NCBI GenBank assembly: GCA_030727085.1
Contig: JANRCF010000035.1
Span: 3,820-46,317 of the forward strand
Source of the DNA: Alphaproteobacteria bacterium
GTDB taxonomy: Bacteria > Pseudomonadota > Alphaproteobacteria > Paracaedibacterales > CAIOTO01
DNA: 42,498 nucleotides
Direction of reading: 5' to 3'
The translations under genes and the position numbers were made by a program. The notes under the pieces are model-generated. The model did no database searches. It was not told the DNA's origin and saw only the letters and a list, made by a program, of their open reading frames with translations. This document shows positions 26,742 through 35,806 of this stretch, piece by piece; the stretch's first letter is position 1; each line of letters opens with the position of its first letter.

Positions 26742-29700
26742 TTAATATCTAAAGAGCCAGCTGAGTCCTGCTCCACTGCCAGCATTTTTTTCACCAACCT
26801 CAAGGTCTAAATAAACATTTTTAGCTAATGCTGTCGATACAGTTGCTTTGCTTCCTGCGCTGCCAATACTTTGATCAATGGAAACACGCATATTTTCAAA
26901 TTCTTTTCCAATACTAAGCGCTTGTGTTGCTGTTTGCCCAGACTCCTCTGTATTTGCCTTTATTGCATTTTCTTTAAGTTCAAAGGTATCAAAGCCAAAA
27001 GAGCTACGAAGGTTTTCTAAGAAATTCATTCCCTTTTTATCATTTAATGATGTCCCGATAGAGGCCAGCTGAACACTTTGCCCAGTCGAAATTTTATTTA
27101 ATTCTTTTCCAAAAAGAAGTCGCGCCAATACTTCATCTTCTTGCAGGGCAGGGTCAGATACAAATGAAATCTTCGGCGAAGGCGCATACCCGGAAACTTG
27201 CAAATATACTGTAACATCTTCAACTTCACGCATTGCTACAAGCCAAATATTTGGGGCATTCCTATGTTCACGATCAAATGTAATTTTGGCCTCACTAATT
27301 TTAAGAGGCTTTCCGAAGAACGAAAGCTTTCCCTTTGTTGCGTTAAGCGTTCCCTCTAAATAGGGCGATGAGATATCACCTTTAACCATAATAAACCCAG
27401 TCCACTGGCTCATTAATCCCAAATCCAAATCGCGGATGTAAAAGTTTTTATCAATAGTTAAAGCAAGCTCAATTGGAAAAAGAGGGGAGGCAGACTTCTG
27501 CTTTTCCTTCTTTTGCACCTCAAGTTCTTTAATTTCAATATAAGACACATCATCATTTGAAAATTCTTCAAGCATAATAAGGGATGGTGATAATGTCACA
27601 GCACCTGTAATTTTACTTTGAAGGCCGGGGCCATTAATTTTAATATCGCCCGTTGCGCGTATCGTCATATCATCACGGTGCACAACAATAAGATCATTCA
27701 GTTTTAAGTTTAGTGCAAAATTAGGCAACGCCAAACCAACAAACTCAAAACCACCCATAATATCAACAGTTCCCAAATGTGAATTTTTGTTGACATTATT
27801 TGGATCACGTACATCGTTTCCTGCCAAACGTTCAATCATCAATTTTTTGCCAGACGCCTTTAGTGTGCCGGCAATATTAGCAATATGAGTTCCATTATCG
27901 GCACTATCATAAAGTCCATCACGTGCATTAATACGTCCTGACATATTAATATCCGCCAAAGTTCCTTCAACGTTCAAATTCAAATTTAGAATGCCACCTA
28001 AACGATCATGTGTATTAAATAGCGATGAAAGCAATGACACATCTAACTCGCCCGCAACATTAAAGTTAACTGTGTTTTTCAAAAATGTTGAAGCATCTAA
28101 AGAAATAGAACCTTTTGCCTTAAAAATTTGTGCTTTGCGGCGTTGTGTATGCATATCAATTAAAAGTTGTTTTGCCTGGCGTTCAAGTTGAATCGTCCAT
28201 GAGAAATCTTTAAAAAGTGTATTATTAGTCAATGGGCTCGATAAATACGGAATTAATTTGCTTAAAACAAACTGCCCCTTCCACTGGTCAAAGGGATGAT
28301 GTATTTCAATTTTACCATTAAGTAACCCATCCATATCCCAAGACGGCACAAACATACGCGCTGTTATAAGAGGAATATTTTCAAAGATAATTTGTTTTTC
28401 TTTTTCCACACAATGAATGCTGCCTTTTTGGCCAACACGCATTGAAAAACTAGGGATTTTTTCTACATTAAAACCAATCGATACAGATTCTTTTAGTGCA
28501 ATTATGTGTTTTTGATAGGCCAATTGAAATGATTCTAATTGAAATATTTGCTTTTGAAACAATAGGTGCCCTTTGGCTGAGCCATGCGGCAGATGTGCGA
28601 TATCTCCAGCGCCTGTTGTAAGGTTAAGCACGCCATTAACTTTATTGAATTGAACTGTAGCGGCTGTCTTTCCAAAGGTAGCTCCCCCGACCGTAGCTTC
28701 TGGCAATGTGCATGACAGAGTCCCGCTTAATGTGTGGTCTAGGTGAAAAGTAGCATGTCCGGCGCCATAAACTGTATCATTCGTCAATTTTGCGCAATCA
28801 ATATCAAAGGCACCTTCAATTCGTGCGCCAGTTGCATTTATATGAATTGCGACCACATTATTTCCGACCCATTGCCATGTGGGTTTAAGGCGCATTAAAT
28901 ATCCGTTACGATTAAGCGCAGCAGTACCCTCAAACACATGATCATTAATTTTAAATGTAAACAAATCTGTGTGGTCATCAAGTGAAAGCCCCTTAGGGCT
29001 GTGCAATGTAATTGCATGACCGTTAACTGCAAGTGTCGCCTTTTTAAGGCAGACATTAATGCCAATATTACCGAGGTCACCCGTAAATTGAAACGCCGTT
29101 GTTTCCCAATGTCCACTGCCATCAATATGCGCTGTCTGTTCTTGGAGCGCCCATGTAGCCTTAAACGTTAAATCTGTTCCCCCATCGTGTGATCCTTGAC
29201 CATCCAACACAATACGATCTGGATCATATGACAAGTTTCCTTTGCCTCGAACGTGAGCCTCTTGTGTGCGTGCAACGATGTTTTTAATGTGTGTTGTGCG
29301 CTGTTCAAGCATTTGCTTAATGCTTAAATCGAGCGAAATATCAGTGTCCGTGCTTTTTACATGAACACGTGTATTGCTGCCAACTGTTGATAACTGCACT
29401 ATGGTTTTTTTATGTTGTGTATTGATCGTTACATCACCAACTGGCAAAAACGTATCTAAATTTTCAATTTGAATAGCGCCTTCGACCGTTATAGGGGAGC
29501 CGTTCAGCATACCCACACGATCAATCAAACGAAGGTTAGCCGTTGCGCCCGCGGCCTTTGGTGAAAAACGAAATGAGCCCTCAACAGGCGCGTCATCGTT
29601 CGTGGCCTTTGTGATTGATTTTAGCTCGACAAGCGATTCAACCCCTTGTTTTTGAAAATGAAAAGACAAATTGGCAGCAGGTGTTTTTAAAACATTAATA

Positions 29701-30137
29701 TGCACACGTTTCAGCACTGTTTGATCAAGCACAATCGGCAAAACCGTTGTTAGCATCGTGGGTAGTTGATTTGTTGTTTTTTGGCTTGCACTCGCCGTTT
29801 TCTGATGCCATTCAAGCTGGTTAACCGTAATTGATTCAATCTGCATCTTTCCACGCAACAACATGCGTGCCGCAACATTAACGTGTAAATCGTGCACCTC
29901 TGCTAATGCGCCCGATGAATCTGCAATGTGGATGGATTTAACGCTAAGATGAAAAGGCAATATCCCATGCACGCCATCGACTTTAACGGACACACCATGG
30001 GGCGCTGCCACACGTGACACAATACGCTGCACAAGGTGTGATTTAACATATGGAATTTGGATGCAAGCCAGCGTTACTACCACCATAGTGATAAGTGTCA
30101 TACTGATATTTTTAAAATGGCGCATTGATATTGGCAC
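26742..30137 (-). CDS. tamB: Translocation and assembly module protein TamB (DUF490 family)
   Basis: 1131 aa. It has an N-terminal membrane anchor (ISMTLITMVVVTLACIQI), a long beta-rich body, and a C-terminal DUF490-like end (...SVQLASIG...VYLDLEVGEKNAGSGAGLSWLFRY). Confidence 0.8.
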   Translation of the reverse strand: MPISMRHFKNISMTLITMVVVTLACIQIPYVKSHLVQRIVSRVAAPHGVSVKVDGVHGILPFHLSVKSIHIADSSGALAEVHDLHVNVAARMLLRGKMQIESITVNQLEWHQKTASASQKTTNQLPTMLTTVLPIVLDQTVLKRVHINVLKTPAANLSFHFQKQGVESLVELKSITKATNDDAPVEGSFRFSPKAAGATANLRLIDRVGMLNGSPITVEGAIQIENLDTFLPVGDVTINTQHKKTIVQLSTVGSNTRVHVKSTDTDISLDLSIKQMLEQRTTHIKNIVARTQEAHVRGKGNLSYDPDRIVLDGQGSHDGGTDLTFKATWALQEQTAHIDGSGHWETTAFQFTGDLGNIGINVCLKKATLAVNGHAITLHSPKGLSLDDHTDLFTFKINDHVFEGTAALNRNGYLMRLKPTWQWVGNNVVAIHINATGARIEGAFDIDCAKLTNDTVYGAGHATFHLDHTLSGTLSCTLPEATVGGATFGKTAATVQFNKVNGVLNLTTGAGDIAHLPHGSAKGHLLFQKQIFQLESFQLAYQKHIIALKESVSIGFNVEKIPSFSMRVGQKGSIHCVEKEKQIIFENIPLITARMFVPSWDMDGLLNGKIEIHHPFDQWKGQFVLSKLIPYLSSPLTNNTLFKDFSWTIQLERQAKQLLIDMHTQRRKAQIFKAKGSISLDASTFLKNTVNFNVAGELDVSLLSSLFNTHDRLGGILNLNLNVEGTLADINMSGRINARDGLYDSADNGTHIANIAGTLKASGKKLMIERLAGNDVRDPNNVNKNSHLGTVDIMGGFEFVGLALPNFALNLKLNDLIVVHRDDMTIRATGDIKINGPGLQSKITGAVTLSPSLIMLEEFSNDDVSYIEIKELEVQKKEKQKSASPLFPIELALTIDKNFYIRDLDLGLMSQWTGFIMVKGDISSPYLEGTLNATKGKLSFFGKPLKISEAKITFDREHRNAPNIWLVAMREVEDVTVYLQVSGYAPSPKISFVSDPALQEDEVLARLLFGKELNKISTGQSVQLASIGTSLNDKKGMNFLENLRSSFGFDTFELKENAIKANTEESGQTATQALSIGKEFENMRVSIDQSIGSAGSKATVSTALAKNVYLDLEVGEKNAGSGAGLSWLFRY

Positions 30138-30167
30138 GCGTGTTCCTTTTATTGTGTTAAATTGTCG

Positions 30168-30211
30168 GCCTCAGCTCATTCTTTTGACAGCCTCAGCTCA
30201 TTTTTGTCATT
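30168..30211. repeat. Tandem 22-bp direct duplication in the tamB/rnc intergenic region
   Basis: gcctcagctcattcttttgaca (30168..30189) is followed by gcctcagctcatttttgtcatt (30190..30211). The first 13 nt of each unit are identical. Confidence 0.7.
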
Positions 30212-30290
30212 CCTGCGAAGGTCTTAAATGTATATTTCAATCAAAGCTTTTAAATACTTTTTTATGGATCTCCACCTTCGCGAGGATGAC
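30205..30290. repeat. GTCAT-type palindromic (REP-like) element
   Basis: gtcattcctgcgaaggt (30205..30221) matches the reverse complement of accttcgcgaggatgac (30274..30290) at 14/17 positions, with a 52-nt spacer. The arm sequence resembles the GTCAT-YC-GCGAA-type palindromic repeats common in several proteobacterial genomes. A related half-site gtcatccgcggatttgatcc lies at 31122..31141. Confidence 0.45.
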
Positions 30291-30426
30291 AAGGGGCAAT
30301 TACATTTTCCACAGACTAACACAGATCACAAATTATTTAATCATCCGATATCATTAATATGATATTCTACCCACAACTTTTGCGACTACATGTTGCAAAC
30401 CAACCAAAAACGAACACGAGCCACGC

Positions 30427-31104
30427 ATGTCAAAATCCACTCAACCTCTTGAAACTATTATTGGCTATACATTCAAATCCCCTGCTTTGCTTGAAAAGGC
30501 ATTGTCCCACCCTAGTGCCGCCCAGCGTAATAAGGACTTTGAGCGCTTTGAATTTCTTGGTGATCGCGTGCTTGGACTTACCATGGCGGCTGTATTATTG
30601 GAACTTTTCCCAACGGAGCCTGAAGGGCATCTGGCAAAACGTCAAGCCGTGCTGGTATCGCGTGAATCGTGCCAGACAGTAGCTAGTCTCATTCAACTAG
30701 AAACACACATCAAGGCCGTGTGTGATTTGGGTGTGCACGAATCAAATATGATGGCAATACTTGCGGATGCGGTAGAGGCGCTACTAGGCGCAATGTATCT
30801 GGACGATGGGATAGCACCTTGTCACACATTCGTGCGACGCTTTTGGGCTGATTTGTTTCATAATTCAAAGGAGCCCCCAAAGGATGCGAAATCGAGCTTA
30901 CAAGAATGGCTGCAAAAACGTGGAAAACCAACACCTGTTTATACACCAACGGATGTGACGGGGCCTGCACATAATCCAACATTTGAGTGCGAAGTTCAGC
31001 TGGAAGGATTGCCGTTGTTTAAAGGCACAGGGCGTAACCGCCGCATGGCTGAGCAAGATGCAGCAAAGTCTGCGATGATATGGATTAACTCTGCTGCGCG
31101 TTAG
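30427..31104 (+). CDS. rnc: Ribonuclease III
   Basis: 225 aa. It has the RNase III signature FERFEFLGDRVLGL, then LADAVEALLGAMYLD, and a C-terminal dsRBD (KSSLQEWLQKRGKPTPVY...GTGRNRRMAEQDAAKSA). Confidence 0.95.
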   Translation: MSKSTQPLETIIGYTFKSPALLEKALSHPSAAQRNKDFERFEFLGDRVLGLTMAAVLLELFPTEPEGHLAKRQAVLVSRESCQTVASLIQLETHIKAVCDLGVHESNMMAILADAVEALLGAMYLDDGIAPCHTFVRRFWADLFHNSKEPPKDAKSSLQEWLQKRGKPTPVYTPTDVTGPAHNPTFECEVQLEGLPLFKGTGRNRRMAEQDAAKSAMIWINSAAR

Positions 31105-31302
31105 CTGGACTTCTTTAACTTGTCATCCGCGGATTTGATCCACTACTGTACGAACGTTGTTCAATAAAGTAGCTTTTATTTAAATAATCTAAATATTTCA
31201 TTCAAATTAACTAAATATTAATTCTTCCATGTCAAAGTTTTCATAGATGGTGGAGGTTTATTATTCAAATTTCCTCATTTCATAGAAAATTAGGAGGTTT
31301 AA

Positions 31303-32763
31303 ATGAAATTTAAATTAAAATTACTCGGCACGTGTTTAGGCCTTGCTTTATCGTGCACAAGTTCATACGCCGTGTCTGGTGTAAGTGACGCATTAAATGC
31401 ACTAGGAACCGGCGTTAGTGCATTAACTACTAAAGTAATTGCACCTGCAAATACGAGTGATATTGCTGATTTAAGCACCACTGTTGTAGCAAACCTTACT
31501 ACTACACAGTTTGCCGCGTTATCTACAGTTCAAATACCTGCATTAACAACAGCACAACTCGCGGCCGTCACAACAGGGCAAATTGGTGCGATGACATCGG
31601 CGCAAGCCAAAGTTTTAACGTCAACACAAATTGCAGCCCTTCCTTCTATTAGCCGCATGGGTTCAGATGTCATCACAGCGATTACAACAGCTGCACTGCC
31701 AAGCTTGTCAACATCATTGCTGACTACGCTAACAACAGCACAAATAGCCGCGCTAACAACAGCACAAATAGCCTCGTTAACAACGGCACAAGTTGCAGCT
31801 ATAACGACAGAACAAATGCCTGTATTGTCAACAGCAGAGCTTTCTGCTATGACAACAGCACAATTTGCTGCATTAACATCAACCCAACTCAATACATTAT
31901 CCAACGTAAAAGTCGCAAGTCTTTCGTCAGCAAAAGTAGCTGCTATGCCAACGTCAGTGGTTACTGGTTTGTCAACAGCCTTAGTGCCTTATATAGCTGA
32001 TACGGCGATACCATATTTAACAACAGCCCAAATAGCTGCAATACAATCTGCTCAATTAGCTGTTTTAGACCTGACACAAGTCAATGCGCTTACATCAAGT
32101 CAAATGAGTGCTATAGGCAGTGCTGTGTTTTCAGCGTTAACGTCACGTCAAATCCCAGCCTTGCATGCATCAGCTTTTGCTGGCATACCAACTTCCGTGA
32201 TGAGCGCCATAACACTCGGCCAAATTACAGCGCTTACTACAACTCAATTAAATGCCTTTTCGTCCTCTCAATTAAATTCCATACCAACAGCAACTTTTAC
32301 GACATTAACAACAGGTGCTTCAGGGCAAATCGCAAGCTTGCCAACATCACTTATTGCAAATATTACTACTGCATATATGACAGCCTTAGCAACAAATCAG
32401 CTAACATCTTTAACAACAGCTCAGGTAAACGCCATGACCTCTGCACAGGTTAGTGCATTGGCAGCAACAATGAGCACTCTGCTATCAAATCAATTTGCTG
32501 GATTGTCTTCGTCAAATCTTGCTGGTTTATCCACAGCAGCATTAACAGCTCTAGGCTCCGACCAACTGCGGTCAATACCTGCAGCCGCTATACCAGGCCT
32601 CCCATTGGGTTTAACTTCAGATTTATTGTCAGCAATGATTTCTAGCACGACAACCAGCTTTACACCCGCACAAGCACGTGCCTTTACGTCATCTCAGTTT
32701 TCTTCAACTGCGCTGGCTGGCAACACCAACATGACTTCATGGAGGGCTCTCGCTATTGCATAG
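31303..32763 (+). CDS. Secreted tandem-octapeptide-repeat protein (about 45 LTTAQIAA-like units)
   Basis: 486 aa with a strong RBS (aggaggtttaaATG) and the signal peptide MKFKLKLLGTCLGLALSCTSSYA. Residues 65 to about 432 parse into 8-residue units with consensus [LIM]-[TS]-[TS]-x-Q-[ILVF]-x-[AS]. Confidence 0.7.
   Translation: MKFKLKLLGTCLGLALSCTSSYAVSGVSDALNALGTGVSALTTKVIAPANTSDIADLSTTVVANLTTTQFAALSTVQIPALTTAQLAAVTTGQIGAMTSAQAKVLTSTQIAALPSISRMGSDVITAITTAALPSLSTSLLTTLTTAQIAALTTAQIASLTTAQVAAITTEQMPVLSTAELSAMTTAQFAALTSTQLNTLSNVKVASLSSAKVAAMPTSVVTGLSTALVPYIADTAIPYLTTAQIAAIQSAQLAVLDLTQVNALTSSQMSAIGSAVFSALTSRQIPALHASAFAGIPTSVMSAITLGQITALTTTQLNAFSSSQLNSIPTATFTTLTTGASGQIASLPTSLIANITTAYMTALATNQLTSLTTAQVNAMTSAQVSALAATMSTLLSNQFAGLSSSNLAGLSTAALTALGSDQLRSIPAAAIPGLPLGLTSDLLSAMISSTTTSFTPAQARAFTSSQFSSTALAGNTNMTSWRALAIA
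31495..32598 (+). repeat. In-frame 24-nt periodic coding repeat array
   Basis: Adjacent units are nearly identical at DNA level, for example ctaacaacagcacaaatagccgcg (31729..31752), ctaacaacagcacaaatagcctcg (31753..31776) and ttaacaacggcacaagttgcagct (31777..31800). Confidence 0.85.
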
Positions 32764-32789
32764 TTTAGCAGCTTATAAAGTAATAATTT

Positions 32790-32816
32790 GCGGGGGCATT
32801 ATGCCTCCGTTCTTTT
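32790..32816 (+). terminator. Rho-independent terminator after the repeat-protein gene
   Basis: The stem GGGGGCA (32792..32798) pairs with TGCCTCC (32802..32808): 7 bp including one G-U, with a 3-nt loop. It is followed by gttctttt. Confidence 0.6.
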
Positions 32817-32914
32817 GCGTAAATACATCAATTTTATTTAAAATTTTATATTGAAAAGCTTTTTGAAATCTTTCACACTTATTACTATGAAATAATTATT
32901 TTTAGGAAATTCTT

Positions 32915-35452
32915 ATGAAAAAGCGATCATTCATTCTTGCCTTGCTCATGTCTACCTCATTTACGTGCGGAGTCGCATTGGCAACAACAAGCGATCCCTT
33001 AGAAAACGAATTGTCTGAAGGGCTGCATATAGCGGCAACAGAAGGTCTGTCTGCGGATGTCTTGTCTGAAAAGTCAGGAACAGTGCTAACAACAAACGAC
33101 CCAACAGGAAATGTCTTGTATGGAGGGCAGCAAGCACATGAACTTTTTCAAAAGCAATCACTAAACATATCGTACTTTCTTGCATGCAAAGTAAAGGAAA
33201 GACACAGCTTTAAAACGCTTTACGAAGATGCGGCAAACCTTAGGAAAGATGTTGCTGAAAGAACAAACACGCTCAATGCGCAAGATTTTGGCGTTTTACG
33301 CACCCCAGAAAGCGTGCCATGGGCAGCTGGTGCGACTACTCCTGTTTTGCAATATCCAGATATGACCAGAACAGTTACTGAACACTTAGTATCACTAGAC
33401 AAAACAGAAGAATTTGCCCGACTTGGTGACGAGCTTGAATATCGCTATCGCACACGAACAGTTGCTGAATGGTTGGCTCTTGCAGAAACCGAACACACCG
33501 AGAATAATCAATTAAAAACATTTTTACAACGTGTTCTTACTGGACAACGTGACCCAGAGAATAAAGATGGTTGTATGTGGTTGTTTGATAAAGAAAAAGA
33601 TTGGGTAGATGTTGATGGTGCTAAAGTATTTAAACCAAATCCATTGACTATGTATCGGTATAGTCGGTGGCTTAAAGCCGCATATGAATTTGCAACACAT
33701 AAAGAAGACCCATACGATCTATCTGAAAAAATAAACATTACACTTTCTTACGTTGAGGTGAGATTCAGTGGCACAGATGTTCATTCACGTGGTTTTATGT
33801 TTCCAAGCGATTCTGACAGTAAGCCTGATCTTTCAGACCGTCCTTTTGCTCTTTGCCACCCACCCACAAATAGCGTCGAATATCATTTAGGAAAATGTCA
33901 TGATGCGTTTGAAGCAGCACGCCGTTGCACAGGTGATGTAGGGGCAAAAATTAGAAAAATTCTTGGCTTTACACATGTTTGGTCAGTAACTATGCCTTAT
34001 GCCAGAGGCTCTGCTGCCGATAATGAATTTCTTACCACCGCTTTGTTTGTTTATCATAAGTTAGGCTTGCCAAAACGTGACGTTCTTCGCAAAGCAGATG
34101 AGTATGCACAAGCGTCTTTTACCGCGCAACAATTCGCAAACAAAATGCTTGAATTAGGCATCGAAGAGTTAGATCCATTACCATTCACAATGGAAGAGTT
34201 TTTAAAGACATTAATTCCTGCTGCACTTGATGAACAAGCCTTAGCTTTGAGAAAAAGTGAAGAAGAAAAAGCAGAATTAACCGCAGCGAAAGGAAACACC
34301 GTTCCAAAAGAATACCCGGATTCAATTTTTGGTGTATCTGCAAAACCTGGCATGTACGTATTAGATAATTTAGTTCACCATTTGAATGAAAGGCCTGCAT
34401 ATTTTGATCTTTTAAATTACATTACGGGACATATCAAAGGTATTGTGTCAAGAATACCAGGCGTTGATGCAGATGCTTATCAAAGACTACAAGTACCTCT
34501 CGCAAAATTGGCGCCATGTGAAACAGCATTTACTGCTGCACTGATGTATCAAAGTGACGACGCAACAACATATGAAAACATCAAGCGCTATTACGAATTA
34601 TATAATGAAACAAAACCTTACGCTGAAGGCACAGAAATGGTAAATAATTTACTATTTCAAGCATTATGTTTGCACAATAATATTGTCCCGCAATTAATGG
34701 ATGGGACGTCATTGATAAGCCCGCAAAAGCCAGATGCTCCTTTAATAAATCCACTGTTTAAAGGGCGCCATGTGGTTGCCACTACTCAGGAAACAGCAGA
34801 TAGAATAAGTGGCCATTTGAATGAAACGTTTGATCCAGCCGCGCGTACTACGCAGTTATGTGAAATAATGAAAAGACATGGTTCCGACAAAAGTACTGTT
34901 CACAACTACACAAGAATGTATCAGTTCTTACTTGAATCAAAACGCGAGACAGCGACAAACGTTTTTGAAATTGGAATTGCTTCTACCGATCCTCAGTTTG
35001 CTTACACAATGGGTAAAGATGGAACAGTAGGTGCATCTTTGCGTGGATGGCGTGAATTTTTTCCAAATGCGCGTATCTATGGTGCGGACATTGATGCTAA
35101 AGCCTTATTTCAAGAAGAACGCATTAACACCTATTTTGTGGATCAATTAAAGACAGATGCGATCTCAACTATGTTCGCTCAAATTCCTGTTGCAGGTTTT
35201 GACGTAATGATTGATGACGGACTGCACTGTTTTGAGGCAAATGATATTTTCTTTAAAGCAGCAATTGATAAGTTGACGCCAGGTGGAATCTATATCATTG
35301 AAGATATTGCCCCCCGAGGCGTCCCTCTCGTTTTGAAATTACTCGAAGAAATTTCTGGTGAATATGATGCGGCATTTATTCAATTGCCAACCGCACCTGC
35401 GCGATTTGACAATAATATTTTTGTGGTATTTAAAAAAGCAATAGAGGTTTAG
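32915..35452 (+). CDS. Secreted 845-aa protein: unknown N-terminal ~640 aa fused to a C-terminal class I SAM-dependent methyltransferase domain
   Basis: Signal peptide MKKRSFILALLMSTSFTCGVALA. The C-terminal ~200 aa (nt ~34860..35452) reads HGSDKSTVHNYTRMYQFLL...VFEIGIAS...GASLRGWREFFPNARIYGADID...FDVMIDDGLH...LTPGGIYIIEDI. This gives Rossmann MTase motif I, post-I and motif II/III in canonical order. Confidence 0.7.
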   Translation: MKKRSFILALLMSTSFTCGVALATTSDPLENELSEGLHIAATEGLSADVLSEKSGTVLTTNDPTGNVLYGGQQAHELFQKQSLNISYFLACKVKERHSFKTLYEDAANLRKDVAERTNTLNAQDFGVLRTPESVPWAAGATTPVLQYPDMTRTVTEHLVSLDKTEEFARLGDELEYRYRTRTVAEWLALAETEHTENNQLKTFLQRVLTGQRDPENKDGCMWLFDKEKDWVDVDGAKVFKPNPLTMYRYSRWLKAAYEFATHKEDPYDLSEKINITLSYVEVRFSGTDVHSRGFMFPSDSDSKPDLSDRPFALCHPPTNSVEYHLGKCHDAFEAARRCTGDVGAKIRKILGFTHVWSVTMPYARGSAADNEFLTTALFVYHKLGLPKRDVLRKADEYAQASFTAQQFANKMLELGIEELDPLPFTMEEFLKTLIPAALDEQALALRKSEEEKAELTAAKGNTVPKEYPDSIFGVSAKPGMYVLDNLVHHLNERPAYFDLLNYITGHIKGIVSRIPGVDADAYQRLQVPLAKLAPCETAFTAALMYQSDDATTYENIKRYYELYNETKPYAEGTEMVNNLLFQALCLHNNIVPQLMDGTSLISPQKPDAPLINPLFKGRHVVATTQETADRISGHLNETFDPAARTTQLCEIMKRHGSDKSTVHNYTRMYQFLLESKRETATNVFEIGIASTDPQFAYTMGKDGTVGASLRGWREFFPNARIYGADIDAKALFQEERINTYFVDQLKTDAISTMFAQIPVAGFDVMIDDGLHCFEANDIFFKAAIDKLTPGGIYIIEDIAPRGVPLVLKLLEEISGEYDAAFIQLPTAPARFDNNIFVVFKKAIEV

Positions 35453-35663
35453 GCCAAAGTTCGAAATTAAAACAATAATGGCTGATTTTGAATAAAACTT
35501 AATAACCAAAAATACCGTCATGGCCCGCCTGCTTTGCAGATTCGCCATGGCGGCAGCTTATGCTTTGATTTAATTAAAATTATTACGACTTGTGCAGATA
35601 ATTTTTGACTTGCCCTGAGAGAAACTATTTTTTTCGTGAGTACTTTGTATTGTTATATTTCAC

Positions 35664-35693
35664 TTGCAATCAACCAGGCAATCTACTTATACT
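35664..35693 (+). promoter_or_regulatory. Candidate sigma-70 promoter for the ABC importer operon
   Basis: TTGCAA (35664..35669), an 18-nt spacer, then TATACT (35688..35693), about 115 nt upstream of the substrate-binding protein start. Pattern match only. Confidence 0.35.
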
Positions 35694-35806
35694 AGAATTG
35701 GTTTTTTTAATGTGATCACCTAATATGATGCACCATTCCTTTTTTAACGCTTATCATACACATTTTCGATTTAGCCACTTTACATGGCAATTTCGAACAA
35801 TAGGAT

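Noticed and set aside
30061-30682. ORFs 30061..30357 (98 aa) and 30359..30682 (107 aa) on the + strand
   Set aside because: The first reads across the tamB start and the palindromic intergenic element; translations such as SCEGLK...ARMTRG are typical of REP read-through. The second is out of frame with the well-supported rnc gene.
31530-31904. 124-aa reverse-strand ORF inside the repeat gene
   Set aside because: It is an antisense reading of the Ala/Thr-rich repeat array. Its open frame is a by-product of the biased codon composition.
31495-32598. A 24-nt periodic array considered as a CRISPR array or non-coding VNTR
   Set aside because: The period is far too short and there are no unique spacers. 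The array is entirely in frame within a 486-aa ORF that has a strong RBS, a signal peptide and a terminator. It is a coding repeat.
35512-35521. Shared 10-mer ataccgtcat at 23274 and 35512, considered as evidence for one repeat family
   Set aside because: Hundreds of identical 10-mer pairs are expected by chance in 42.5 kb. The downstream GC-rich segments are only loosely similar, so the link is not supportable without genome-wide counts.
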